The notes below the pieces were generated by a model that saw only the letters and a program-made list of their open reading frames with translations, had not been told where the DNA came from and did not search any database. Below, piece after piece: positions 1-11,466 of a DNA stretch of 63,747 nucleotides (its first letter is position 1; the number at the start of each line of letters is the position of its first letter). The position numbers were made by a program, and so were the translations under genes. This stretch comes from Toensbergia leucococca (lineage: Eukaryota), in the NCBI GenBank assembly GCA_022813965.1, contig JALDZS010000142.1, positions 1-63,747 on the forward strand. The letters run 5' to 3'.

Positions 1-2
1 AT

Positions 3-185
3 CTAGTTACTTTACCAGCAGAGCCAGAATACCGGAATTTGGGGAATAGAAGGAGGATATTGAGAATCGCACTTCCATTGACTCCCCAGGATAACAACTT
101 CTTGGGAATGGAGAACAATTACCTCGTGTATCATAGCCCAAACGATTCCAATCTTCGAGTCGTTGACTTCTGGCCAAGCTGGTGA
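3..185 (+). CDS. 3' end of a gene entering from the left edge (hypothetical protein, C-terminus ...NNYLVYHSPNDSNLRVVDFWPSW*)
   Basis: Frame 3 is open from the window edge to TGA at 183-185 and reads as a natural protein C-terminus; absent from the ORF track because it has no start in the window. Confidence 0.6.
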   Translation, partial: LVTLPAEPEYRNLGNRRRILRIALPLTPQDNNFLGMENNYLVYHSPNDSNLRVVDFWPSW

Positions 186-1321
186 GGAGTTGGAAGCCGA
201 GATGAAGGAGACTAAAAGAGAATTTTTCAGAAAGCATCACGACGTACCAATTCAGCTTAGGAAAGCAGGCGTCGATGAATCTGTACCCGATCAAAGGGCG
301 GTGTTAATCATCGTAGTTTTCTCTCAAATCTACTTTGCTGGCTTTTATCAAGATTTCAAAATTAAATAGGGTTCTCAATTTCGCGAGGGGCGGCTGGGAC
401 CTTTTCGGAGGAAGAAGTGAAATTATTGAAAGTCTTTTGGAGATAGCCATACTTGCTCAGGGGGTAGAGACGCATAATGTATTGGAAAATGACAGGCGCT
501 TGGAAGGAAGGACTGTTGACATAAATCGAAATACTCGAAATTCGATGAATGGCTACGAGGCTCAAAGTATGCAAATCAGGACTACGTGTATGCTGAGCTC
601 CAACGTGTACAAAAAACCATTACACAAGTCTGTTAGATACCGAAATATGTAAATAACATGCATCAAAGCCTCCATGACAAACGCATTGACTGGTTTATCT
701 AATCTGCAGATAAACGAGATGAGTCGAAGCTGAACGTTAAAGTACTTACCTTACTGGAAGGTCAAGTGTCACAAAGAATTCTCGTCCATGTTAGAAGTAT
801 AGCACATGAAAATGCGTCGCCATAGGATTGAACTTTGGTTTTTGAGTTCCTTAGCCTTAGTCCTAGAGGATTTGCAAAGATACTAAATTGAAGACGACCG
901 ATATCTTGTGAAAATAGAAGAGAATGGGGATATAGATGTACAGAGTCGAATTGCACTGTCGAAGAAATCAACCGATGGTGTGTAGTGACCGCAGGGTTTT
1001 CTGGGTGGGGTGGTGGGGTATTATAATCCGGATAAGGGCCTAAGCCCTAGGATTTATATCGTTAAAATAGCCGGAATTGTCCAATCACACCAAGCCACAG
1101 GGGGCGGGATATGCCGACAAAAAAAAACGGGTTGATCACATAGCTTGTGGAAAATTTTATATCAGAATTGAAATATTTATTCTAAAATAAATACTCAATC
1201 TCTGCCATTGAAACCTGAATTCTGTTGTCTTATCAAAATTCTTCCTTTGTGCTATTCTACCCACAATAGATCGATGCAAGTTACATTGAACTAGTCCATC
1301 GAATCCAGTCTCCATATCAAC

Positions 1322-3765
1322 ATGCCTGGCAAAGAAAAAGTATGCCTGGCCTACTCTGGTGGTCTCGACACAAGTGTCATACTCGCTTGGCTCATTGAGG
1401 AAGGCTACAGTGTCGTCTGCTTCTGCGCAGATGTTGGACAAGCGGATGACTTTAAAGAAGCCGAGCGCAAAGCCTTGGCCATAGGAGCAGAAAAATTGGT
1501 CGTGGAGGACCTGAAACGCGAGTTTGTCGATGAGCTGTGTTTCCGCGCCATTCAATGTAACGTGAGTAGATATTTACCTCGTTCGGGAGGGAAAAACAGA
1601 CGCCGAGGTTTAGTTGTATGGTGTATTAACAGCTGCTTATAGGCAATATGGGAAGATAGATATCTACTTGGGTAGGCTCTACTCTGACTTCACTGAGCAT
1701 GTTGCTCCAATTGCTGACTGCTATCTTAGGACGAGCCTGTAAGCAAGCACCGTCCTCGGTCATTGACCCAAAGCTCATGCCTTTAGTGCTCGACCTGTGA
1801 TTGCGAGGGCCATGATGCGTGCTGCACAGAAAGAAGGATGTGTAGCCGTCAGCCATGGTGTGTACCTCATCCACGGACCAAGGCCTCTTGAATGTCTTGA
1901 TCTACTTGTGTTTTGGCTACCTTGCCGTATCTTGTAGTTCTACGGATGCTAATATGTTCTCACAGGCTGCACTGGCAAGGGGTGAGCTCGAGACCTCTCA
2001 CTACCTCTAGTAGAGTCATTGAAACTCATATCAGTAAAGGAATGATCAAGTCAGATTTGAACTCGCCTTTTACGCTATCCAAGTACGTTCTCAGGTCCAT
2101 TCGAGACTTTTTGAAAATAAGTACTTACACGGCATAAAAATGGACAGCCTTCGATCCGTGTCATAGCACCATGGCGCCTCCCTGAATTCTACAACCGCTT
2201 CGCTGGTCGCAATGATCTACTCGACTACGCCTCTAAACACGGCATACCAGTGACATCTACTAAGGCCAAGCCATGGTAAGTCCCTTTTCAAAGCTTTCGG
2301 ATTAGATGGTCCAGAGTATAATATCTGTTTGCTGATTCAATTACTAGGTCAATGGACGAGAAGTGAGTTTTTCATTATGAAAGGTGTATCAGTCTGGATT
2401 TCTTGCATCCTGATCTCAATTCCTCAGTATGGCCCACTGCTCCTATGAAGCCGGCATCCTTGAAGACGCAGACCACTCCCCACCCGAAGACATGTGGAAG
2501 ATGACGGATGATCCTCGCAACGCACCTGATACGCCCGAAGACTTTACTATTTTTTTTGAGAAAGGTCTACCCGTAGGATTGGTCTTTGGCTCTGACTCGA
2601 AAGGAGGCAAGAAGATTACCGACTCGGTCGAACTATTCACAGCGCTCAATGAGCTTGGCCGCAAACACGGTATGTCAACAGGCTCGATCATCAGGAGCGA
2701 TGCCCATGAGTCGCCGCGTGCTCAGATCAAGCTGTAACCCTCTTGATGTCAGAGAGTCAGACTTGCTAACAACTCCCCTAGGTATCGGGCGCATCGACAT
2801 TGTGGAAAATCGCTACATTGGCCTAAAGTCTGTAAGTCGACTACTCCCTTCAGCCAGCGTCTCGGATACCTGATAAAAGGCGATTTCGTATGCTGACTGT
2901 GCTCGTCCAGCGTGGCTGCTAGTGAGTATTTCCACCGAGCCTGCCTCTCCAGCTTCCCCCACAAGCAGTAAATTGCCCCTCAGACCCAACACTACCTAAC
3001 CCTCTCAACAGTGACTCCCCGAGTATGACCATCCTCCGCCTTGCCCATCTTGATCTCGAAGGTCTGGTGCTCGACCGCGAAGTTCGCCTCCTCCGTGACC
3101 AATTCGTCACAATCACCTGGTCCAAACTTCTATACAATGGTCTCTACGTAAGTTTGTTTATTCATAACGTTGCTCTCTTCCACCTTGTAAACTGTGCTTT
3201 TAAAAAAGACTCCTTTGAAATATTCTTGTCACTTTTGCTACTCGGTAACCGTTTTCTGCATTTTAGAATATTACTTTTATTACCCTGCAGTGACTTCTGC
3301 ATGCCCTTTCTTATTACTCCAGATATCTGATGAAAGTTTTCTGCACCTCCTTCTTATTACTTTTGCTGCCTGACAACTGTTTTCTGCCTTTCTCTTATTA
3401 TCCCTTTTGCTACTCAGCACCTAATTTTCATCAATTTTAGTTCTCCCCCGAAAGGGTATTTACGGAAAAGTCTATCCTCGCCAGCCAAGATGACGTCAAC
3501 GGCCAAGTCCGACTGAGGTGCTACAAGGGTTGTGTTTCTGTCTTGGGAAGAAGCTCGCAGACTAGCAAGTTGTATAACCCCGAGCTCGCAAGCATGGACA
3601 GCCTGGAGGATTTCCAGCCGACGGACACGACTGGGTATGTCCTTTATTCCAAATTTACTTATCAAACGCTAAGACTTTTGCAGCTTCATCGCTACTCAGG
3701 CGATTCGGTTGAAGGCGTACGGTGCTGCCGAGAAGGACGCTGGGGTGAATTTGAGTAGAGCGTAG
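1322..3765 (+). CDS. ARG1: Argininosuccinate synthase, 14 exons
   Basis: Motifs [56 protein letters not shown] reassemble in frame. Exons: 1322-1561, 1643-1671, 1730-1738, 1787-1857, 1966-1981, 2040-2082, 2148-2275, 2348-2362, 2428-2669, 2782-2831, 2911-2921, 3012-3147, 3441-3634, 3684-3765; all introns GT-AG. Confidence 0.97.
3223..3420. repeat. Degenerate ~42-nt minisatellite inside ARG1 intron 12
   Basis: About 5 units resembling TTCTTATTACTTTTGCTRCYYGRYAACYGTTTTCTGCA, e.g. at ~3223, ~3307, ~3351, ~3392. Confidence 0.7.
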
Positions 3766-5666
3766 GAGAATGCCAATTCGCAGACCCTCGGGTTCTTTGG
3801 GTAGGAATCAGAGTTAGAGCGGCAGCGACGTGGAGCTGTAAACCTTGTCAGGGGTTCCTTGAGCAAGAAAGTAGACTCCTGCGCTGGGGGTCCACAAACA
3901 TGGTGTGCGTCAAACCCGACCTCAGCGCGAATAAAAGAACTAAAAAGTTGAGATAATCTTACAGCTGTCACAGAATTAATCGTATCTTTAACAAAAAAAA
4001 GTGTTTTTTTCTACTAGACTTCGTTGGACTTTTCCATCGGCACTTTCTCTCCAATTCTGTCCCCTAAACGCTATAAACGTCAAAATAGCCAAGAAAAACA
4101 CCCCCTACTATTGGCCCCCCCTCCCTCGTCTCACAGCATGCCCCTTTCACAAGCTGCCCCCCTTCAATCCCACCTCACGCACCTCTGCACCCCCGCACTT
4201 CACATTAAACCCAAACCCCCACTCTCACGCCCCCCTCCCAGTCCCCTCTTAAGAACAGGAAAAGTACGAATAATATAAACTCCTCAAACACTCATCCAGC
4301 CACCATATCACCATACGCTTATCTCGAGCGTAGGTATCGCCTGCTTTCTTTCTTAAGCGTCGCTCGCGACAACAGTTCCAACCCAAAAAAAATTAAAATT
4401 AAAACCTTTGCAGAGTGGGGGGTGGTGGCCGGAATATTATCATTTTCAATCTTTAAGTTCTTCGTCAATTTTTGGATTTTGTTTTTCTTGGTAACTTTAT
4501 GTTGAGAATCCTCCAGAGACCCAGAAAACCCCCTTTAAAAAAGTCGGTGCAGATCTTGTCAATCAACAGTCTCAAATTGCGGTCTTCTGCACTGTCTGCT
4601 CTCTACTATCAAAGTTTCCAATTTCATGGCCTGAGCTTTGCGGTTTATGTCGTTCGTTTCTTGGACTGGAGATTAGTGTCTGAGGTGGAGAGGTGGGGTG
4701 AGGGAGGGAGGGGTTGTTGGGGATAGCAATGGGGAGTTTGGGAGCTTGGGATGTTGCTTGTGTGGGTTTTGTGTGTGTTTGTAGGGTAGGGAGGATTGTA
4801 ATGGCGGGGATGAGAAGAGGATGGGAAGGTAGTTGTCTATCAAGGAATAGCCTTTTCATTTTGGTTGGAGAAGATTGTTTGAAGAGTTTGGTAGACCGAC
4901 GAGTTAATTGCAGACTTTGAGTCTTCGAGAAAACTCTGCACGGTAGTATCATCCCACACATAGCTATCTACGTACCTACAACGCAGCAATGATACATAGA
5001 ATGTCACAACGCTTACCTCACCGATTTGCTCTCACGAACCTTAGCCCTAGTAAGTCAACAGCGAAATTTCTAAGCGAATGAGGATATTGACTAATCTTGC
5101 GGACGACTGTAAGAAAGGCCGAAAACATTCTTTGGCAAGAGATGGAATTTCAAAAGGTTACCCGCTCCGTACCTAGTTCAAAGCCTTGATTTGATGCCTC
5201 TCCTCTTCTTTGCGCGGTGGCTTAGATAACTTTTTCTTAACTCCGCGGTCCGCGAACGAGGACGCCATTGTCAACTTTGGCATGTCGAGAATCATAATTA
5301 CTCAATCTCCTCGGGACTTGAAGGTTATCCTACTTAAGACGCCAATCAGGCAATTTGAAACTTGAGAACAGTTTTGGAAAGCCGTCTTTTTCATAGCGGA
5401 TCATTCGTGAGGAGAACTCAAGAAGCGAGGGTGATAAGACAATGTGAATTCTGGCAGGGAAGGGCTTGAGACCTAATCTCTTAATCTACTCCTAATTTTA
5501 AATGCCGCGCATGCCGCTGTCTTGAAGATCCCCCACCTCGATAAGAAGTAAACAATGATCTCATACCTGTTTCATTCCCTTCAAGTTTGTCATCAACATT
5601 CGAATTTCAAGACTTGAATGCTGATTGCCTAACTCACGTAACCGACTATGCTCACAATTTCCGACC

Positions 5667-7307
5667 ATGGTTTCCAAAAAACTTCCCTCCTATGCCGACG
5701 TCGTTATCGTTGGCAACGGCCCTTCTGCCCTGATCTTGTCTTTTATTCTCCACGGAAACATCCCATATTACAATCATGAAACGCCTCATCCCGATCCCAT
5801 ACTACACCAAAAACTCCTCAAGTCCCCCTGCCTGTTAGATGTCGACGTAGCTGACCTTACAGCACACTTCGCTGCCTCGCGTCTCTCATACTCGACCCAA
5901 GCCCTTCCAATTAACGTTCTCCTCGATACCCTTCTCCGACCTCTGGCAGACACGGAGCCTGGCAACTGCCAGTCCCGTGTCATATGGCGACAAGAGCCTG
6001 AAAAGGGCCTTTCACATCTTGTCTTGGGGAATTCACAGCAAGCTGGGGGTCAATGGGCAGACAATCCCATAGCTGCGAGTTGGGACATTGGCACTCTTAG
6101 TTATGCCGAAATGCTTTCCTTGCCTGCTTATGGCTTTTTGGAGCATTGTCGAAGTGCTCGTGGAAAGAATCCCTCAGAATGCTATCGGCCTACTCGCCGG
6201 GAAGTCGCAGATTACTTGGCCGTCTACCCTGAGATAGTTGGAATCAGTGATACGTTATACACCTCGATCGATGTTGAAGGCGTCGCGAGAAGTATCAACG
6301 GATTTCACGTCAGATCACCAAACATTGCTTGCAAATATCTCATCTTGGCTTCTGGCACCTTCTCCCATTTAATCCCTCCGCGTCTATTGTTGCAACCTAT
6401 CGCTGAATTGCCTCGGTCTCCTGAAATGGGAGCTGCCCCCTTACTTGTCGTTGGTTCTGGCTTCACTGCTGCAGATATAATAATCTCTACTCCGCCATGC
6501 CGAAAGATAATTCATATATTTAAATGGGACCCAGAAATGCATCCTTCACCTTTACGAGCGTGCCATCCTCATGCCTACCCTGAATATGCTGGAGTCTATC
6601 GACGAATGAAACTAGCAGCTATGCGTACCCTTGGGAAAAATGCCGCTTTCACACCATTGAAACTTCGGAAAACCAATCCCTTTTTTGCCGAACGTGACTG
6701 GGATAGTGTGTACGAGGGACTACCCAACACTTTCATCAAGGAGGTTTCTATTCGTAATGGAACAGCCACAGTCACTCTTGAAGGTAGCGACCGCGAAACC
6801 TTCCGTCGAGAGGTCTCACACCTCGAGTATGTCGTCGGAAGACGCGGATCTCTAGAATATCTTGAGAATAAGCTTGTGGCTGAAATCCTCGGATCGGCTT
6901 CTCCATATCCAGTCAAAGCAGATTCTATATCCGGACAGACACTAAGATCCAAAGTTGAGAACAGCCTTGAGGTGGCTCCCAACGTTTTCGTTACCGGAAG
7001 CTTGACTGGTGATTCTTTAGTCAGATTCGCTTTCGGGGGGTGCGTTTTGACGGCGAGCGAACTGATAAAGCGCCGGGAACACACAAGCCGGCCGGAAGAA
7101 GATGTCAAGTCTCAGTCGGTGCTCCTCAGGCAAAGCATGAAGCAGGAATCTCGGACGATTGACGACAGCGGCTACGCACTTACTAATGGCCACACAAACC
7201 TTGGCATCGATAGGAAGGTGCGGTCACCCTCTTTTGACTTGGAGCTCTCAGCGTGCGAGCTGTGGCGCGACTCGGGATGGTGGACCGGAGGCTGTGCTCT
7301 CTTGTAG
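5667..7307 (+). CDS. OSGIN1/2-like FAD/NAD(P)-binding oxidoreductase
   Basis: Single long ORF (first ATG 5667); N-terminal VVIVGNGPSALILSFILHGNIPYY..HPDPILHQKL, second dinucleotide motif VVGSGFTAAD and C-terminal GSLTGDSLVRFAFGG, as in the OSGIN family. Confidence 0.8.
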   Translation: MVSKKLPSYADVVIVGNGPSALILSFILHGNIPYYNHETPHPDPILHQKLLKSPCLLDVDVADLTAHFAASRLSYSTQALPINVLLDTLLRPLADTEPGNCQSRVIWRQEPEKGLSHLVLGNSQQAGGQWADNPIAASWDIGTLSYAEMLSLPAYGFLEHCRSARGKNPSECYRPTRREVADYLAVYPEIVGISDTLYTSIDVEGVARSINGFHVRSPNIACKYLILASGTFSHLIPPRLLLQPIAELPRSPEMGAAPLLVVGSGFTAADIIISTPPCRKIIHIFKWDPEMHPSPLRACHPHAYPEYAGVYRRMKLAAMRTLGKNAAFTPLKLRKTNPFFAERDWDSVYEGLPNTFIKEVSIRNGTATVTLEGSDRETFRREVSHLEYVVGRRGSLEYLENKLVAEILGSASPYPVKADSISGQTLRSKVENSLEVAPNVFVTGSLTGDSLVRFAFGGCVLTASELIKRREHTSRPEEDVKSQSVLLRQSMKQESRTIDDSGYALTNGHTNLGIDRKVRSPSFDLELSACELWRDSGWWTGGCALL

Positions 7308-7968
7308 GGATTTGGTATATTCTTTGCGGTCAATATTTCAGACTATCTAGGATTTGTGCGTCACCCAAAAGGAGCATTCTTATCGCATTTCAAACGAACG
7401 AACAGATGTGGTTTATGCATTACCGCGTCAGAACTTTATGCATTACTTTATGAGTGCTTCTAATTATGATGGAGCTATCTTGTGGACATAGATTTATGGT
7501 AGCAATGAGGGAGTTAAGAGACGCCACTGGGAAATGCAATTTTCCGGATCCAAGCCAAAGGGATGATCTAGGAAACCCCAGTACAATTTCAGCAAGTACC
7601 GCAAAGACTTCGACGCTACTATCCGTTCGAGGCTCTCAACGCATCATCGGTTCCGCAATGCAGACTTGATCTGCATTGAAATTCATTACTTTTGGACAAA
7701 GAAGTGTTCTGCTATTATTGAAAGACTAACTGTTGTTCCGGACAAAAGATGGACCTTCATATTCGTGAACAATGCCACTGTTCATTTCCAACAGCGTCAC
7801 TGGTCACGGTGTTGAAAATTTACTCAACAGTATTTATACAGTATTGACTTCTCTCTGAAACTTTCTCGAGAGTCTTTTACCACACCTTCTAACCACCACG
7901 CTACCTGCTATCAAGAGCAAGGTTTTCCACTCTCCCTGGCTCCCAACAATCAAGCATTAACTCCAACC

Positions 7969-8514
7969 ATGTCATCACTTCCTTTATTTTCTCAAACCTT
8001 GGATGATATACGGGTTTTGAAGTACAAGAAACAAGAAGCAGTCTTTACCCTGAAATGTACCGTCGATGTACTGCATATGCGTAACGAGATGTCTGGATAC
8101 CTAGAAACCGTTGCTGAATACTGCCCCACGGACATCGACGACATCAACCAACTCTGCACTCCTTGCTTCCTACTTTTCTTTCCATACGGCACTCCAGGTG
8201 GGCTAGCGATACCGCAAAAGGACCGCAACGCACGCTGTTCTCACTGTCAATTTTACCTCTGGTTTCTGCCAAGCAACAATCCCCAGCGGCTATTATCGGT
8301 CCATATAGCTATGCGCAACGGTCATGATTATGCCACCAAGTTAGACGGGGCTGATTGTCTCATTCCCTGGAATGAGCCCGATGAGGATGACGAGGACGAT
8401 GAGGACGACTTTTATGAGGATGAGAGTGATGCCGAATTTGTTGATGAGGATCTCTTTGAAAAGGGGGAAGTTGTTGAGGATGGGACTGTTGGGGATGAGA
8501 CTGATGAGGATTGA
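7969..8514 (+). CDS. Hypothetical protein with two CxxC pairs and an acidic tail
   Basis: 181-aa ORF, ATG in good context (CAACCATG), CTPC/CSHC pairs, D/E-rich C-terminus. Confidence 0.55.
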   Translation: MSSLPLFSQTLDDIRVLKYKKQEAVFTLKCTVDVLHMRNEMSGYLETVAEYCPTDIDDINQLCTPCFLLFFPYGTPGGLAIPQKDRNARCSHCQFYLWFLPSNNPQRLLSVHIAMRNGHDYATKLDGADCLIPWNEPDEDDEDDEDDFYEDESDAEFVDEDLFEKGEVVEDGTVGDETDED

Positions 8515-8939
8515 AAGTGAGAGGTTTTTGCCTAAGAGATGTGAAATGAGCCCCGTCGGTCGTAGGAAATGAAGGAGAGAAGGTCAGAGCATCTCTTTTT
8601 TGATTTAGCATGCATTTTTGGTGTCCTTTTTTGGGGATTTTTGTTCTAGTATTTGTTTGGTATCAATGTTAGTGTGAATTCAGAATTACTTCCTTAAACA
8701 TCTGATCTTTTGCCGGTGGCGACTAAGATGCTTGCGATAGCCATGTAAGACTTGTTCATGTTAGCGCAAACCCCCTGATGCAATTGAAATGACTCTATAA
8801 GGCATTCAATCAACGCAACCCTTCTTGAAAGAAGCAATGATCAAAAATCCCCGCATATCTATTCTCAGGCCCCGTTCACCCTTGATTGAACCCTTCAACT
8901 CTGACACAACCCTTTACAGAACCTGGATTATTATTACTC

Positions 8940-9550
8940 TTCCCTCGCCCCTCCCTCATCCTCACACCTTCTGTTACAATTCTGTCTTCTGACCCTTTGT
9001 TGCTGGGTTGCCCCTTTCTCAATGAAGGTCCCTTCTATTACCTCACGTAAATGCTCTGCCTGCCTCCCTCAATACCCTGCCTGCCTCCTCTCCCTCCCTC
9101 CCTCAATACTCTTTCCTCCCTCCCAGCCCACCACCTTAATTACCCCGCATCCCTTCCTCCCTCCCTCAACACCCCTCCTTCCCCTCCCCCTAGTACCCTT
9201 CCTTCTCGCCCCCCTCCCTCCTACCCCCCTCAACACCCTTCCTTCCCCTCCCCCCTAAAACCCTTCATCCTTTCAACCCACCCCTCCCCCCCTCCCGCCC
9301 CTACCCTTCCCACCTCCCCACCCCCCTTCCCTCTTACTCCCCTTCCCCCTCCTCAAAACCCTTCCCTCCCCCCCATCTCAAACCACACACAAAGCAAACT
9401 CAAAAGTCAAAACCACCATCACCTTCACATTCCCTCACCTTCTTTGAGTTTTGAGTGAGGGTAGGTGAGTGAGTGAGGGAGATTGTTTGAGTGAGGGGAG
9501 GGGGGAGGTGAGGGATGTATGCGTTGGTGAGAGAGAGGGGGGGGGTTGCA
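8940..9550. repeat. Low-complexity C-rich tract followed by a G-rich tract
   Basis: Almost G-free CCCT/CCCC sequence at 9060-9440, then GAGGG/GTGAG sequence at 9455-9550. Confidence 0.8.
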
Positions 9551-9559
9551 GTGACTGAG

Positions 9560-10400
9560 TTCTGTTTTATCTTTTATTTGTGATCTAATTATCTTTTCCT
9601 GCATTTTAACTTATCTACTTGTTAGATTATACTTTAACTACTCCAGCTCTACATCTGTGTAAGTGAAAGCTTCATGTCAGGTTACTGTAACATCTGTCAT
9701 ATAAGATACTAGTTCTTATAGTCCGTTCAACATCTGAAGGGTTGATTGAAAACTCATATCTCATACCTTCAGTAGTATCTTGTAAACTAATCAAATCTAA
9801 TACGTTATCATTCTGAGCTCAAATTCTCATAAACATCATAAATTAAAACTATCAAGTCTTCTCACTCTCATTCTTATATCAATACTAACATCTCTTCTTC
9901 TGTAGCTTCTCATTGAAACTCAGAGTTATCAATTTCTATCATGTCTCTCAGTCAAGTATAAGTCAGTCAATGTGCATATGACAGAAAGGGTGAAATATAT
10001 ATCTGAGACTTCTTTTAATGAGTAGAAAGATACTATCTTTATAGATCAAAACACTCTCAGTTTCAAGAAAGTTTAATTTGAAATCATATCTTATACTCTC
10101 TGTAGTATTTTCTAAATTGAGCATATCTTATATGACAGATTATATAGTATATATAGAGAGGACATAGATGCATCAAAAAAGCCCTCTTCATAACTTCACA
10201 CACACACCCTGAGGGATTCAGAGCACAAGAAAAACCTGACACTGCTGTTCACTGACTTCAAAAATCCCTTGACAAGTGTGATTCATACCAGATTGTGAAT
10301 GTAGTATCTCTTTAGTCCTAGATAAAAATACTCAGGATGTGAAAGGGTAATTTTACTTGTGAATTTTTTTTAAACTGCTTGAGTAAATGAGCTCTTGAGC
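9560..10400. mobile_element. AT-rich, CpG-depleted repeat relic with a 17-bp inverted repeat
   Basis: Very few CG dinucleotides; ATCTGTCATATAAGATA (9692-9708) is the exact reverse complement of 10124-10140; degenerate direct repeat at ~9746-9788 and ~10078-10118. Confidence 0.55.
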
Positions 10401-10462
10401 GCACTAGTATAGCGCAATTCGAAAAACTGGTCGTTGCATGTGATGACGCCTTTGAATTGTTC

Positions 10463-10680
10463 TGTGTGTGTAGATTATATTTACGGCGGAGAGAGATTTC
10501 TCAAGTTGATAGGGTGAATTTATGCCTGGTTGTTGTAGGATGGGCTTTGGATGTTGTGTTTGTAGATCTGATCCACGCGTGGGATAGACCTGGTATTTTG
10601 AGAAGGCTGACCATTCATGCTGTGCAATGGGCTTCCCGATGTCGTGTTTGTAGATCTCATCCACGCGTGGATAGACCTGT
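10463..10680. repeat. Three degenerate ~88-nt-period repeats downstream of the F-box gene
   Basis: GTGTTTGTAGATCT[G/C]ATCCACGCGTGG(G)ATAGACCTG at 10556-10592 and 10644-10679; weaker copy at ~10465. Confidence 0.75.
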
Positions 10681-10764
10681 TCTTGTCGTGAAGATCTCCA
10701 GGCTCTGCCGAATACTGCAAGCAGTAACCACAGGTTCGCAGCCGGCAGCACACAGAGCTGGATC

Positions 10765-11466
10765 TCATCGCCGGCCCTCCCTGACTCTAACAATAAAGCA
10801 GCCTCTGGGGAAATCATCACAGCTCTCATCCAACCATCTGGAGAACTCGTCATCAAGATACCGCGACTCCCCCTTACTCCGAACCCGCTCGCCCACAATC
10901 CGACTGAAACAGCATCTCGGGCAAACCACCCCCTCGAACTTTTCCGTCAGCCCCAAGCAGCCTTCGCAAAGCCTGCAGTGATCGCAATGCAACCCTTTCC
11001 GCGGCCGTCGGCACCTGTTGCAATACCGCATCGAAGCGTCCTCACCTCTGACAATCCACTGAAGACGGCGGGGCCGATAGAGTCCCTTGGCTACGCCGCA
11101 GGCGAAACAGAGGCGATTTGAGCCTTTGGCTTTGCCCTTGCCATGCTTCTTCTTGATCTGGTTTTCGGCGAATGCGATGCGTGGGAGGACGCGGAAGCAA
11201 TGGTAGCAGCCGAAACTCTCGGCGTGTTGAGGGAAGGTTTCGGCGACTTTTAGGAAGGCGGATTTTTCTGAAGGGGGGGATGAGGGGGGGTGGATGGATG
11301 AGTGGAAGTAGTGGTTTGTTTGTGAGAGGGCGATGAGTGTGGGGTAGGTGAGTGACTTGACGATAATGCATTTTAGCTCAAGTGGTAGGAGCTCGAGTCT
11401 CGACTGCTGTTTCGTGCTTGATATGTCAAGATGCTTCATTGTGCTCGGAATATCAAGATCAGACAT
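10765..11466 (-). CDS. F-box-like protein with Cys-rich C-terminal domain
   Basis: LELLPLELKCIIVKSL..LIALSQTNHYF F-box-like motif followed by CYHC..RLCFACG..CNRC..CDHC..CEGC..CPRC. Confidence 0.75.
   Translation of the reverse strand: MSDLDIPSTMKHLDISSTKQQSRLELLPLELKCIIVKSLTYPTLIALSQTNHYFHSSIHPPSSPPSEKSAFLKVAETFPQHAESFGCYHCFRVLPRIAFAENQIKKKHGKGKAKGSNRLCFACGVAKGLYRPRRLQWIVRGEDASMRYCNRCRRPRKGLHCDHCRLCEGCLGLTEKFEGVVCPRCCFSRIVGERVRSKGESRYLDDEFSRWLDESCDDFPRGCFIVRVREGRR

Noticed and set aside
4001..4961. Overlapping ORFs or a long hairpin between C-rich and G-rich halves
   Set aside because: Halves are complementary in composition only; ORFs do not join into a recognisable protein.
9022..9458. 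Pro-rich ORFs in the C-rich tract
   Set aside because: Stop-poor because of base composition; no domain or splice signals.
9537..9550. GGGGGGGTTGCA shared with ~54101-54112
   Set aside because: Mostly homopolymer; too short to link the two relics.
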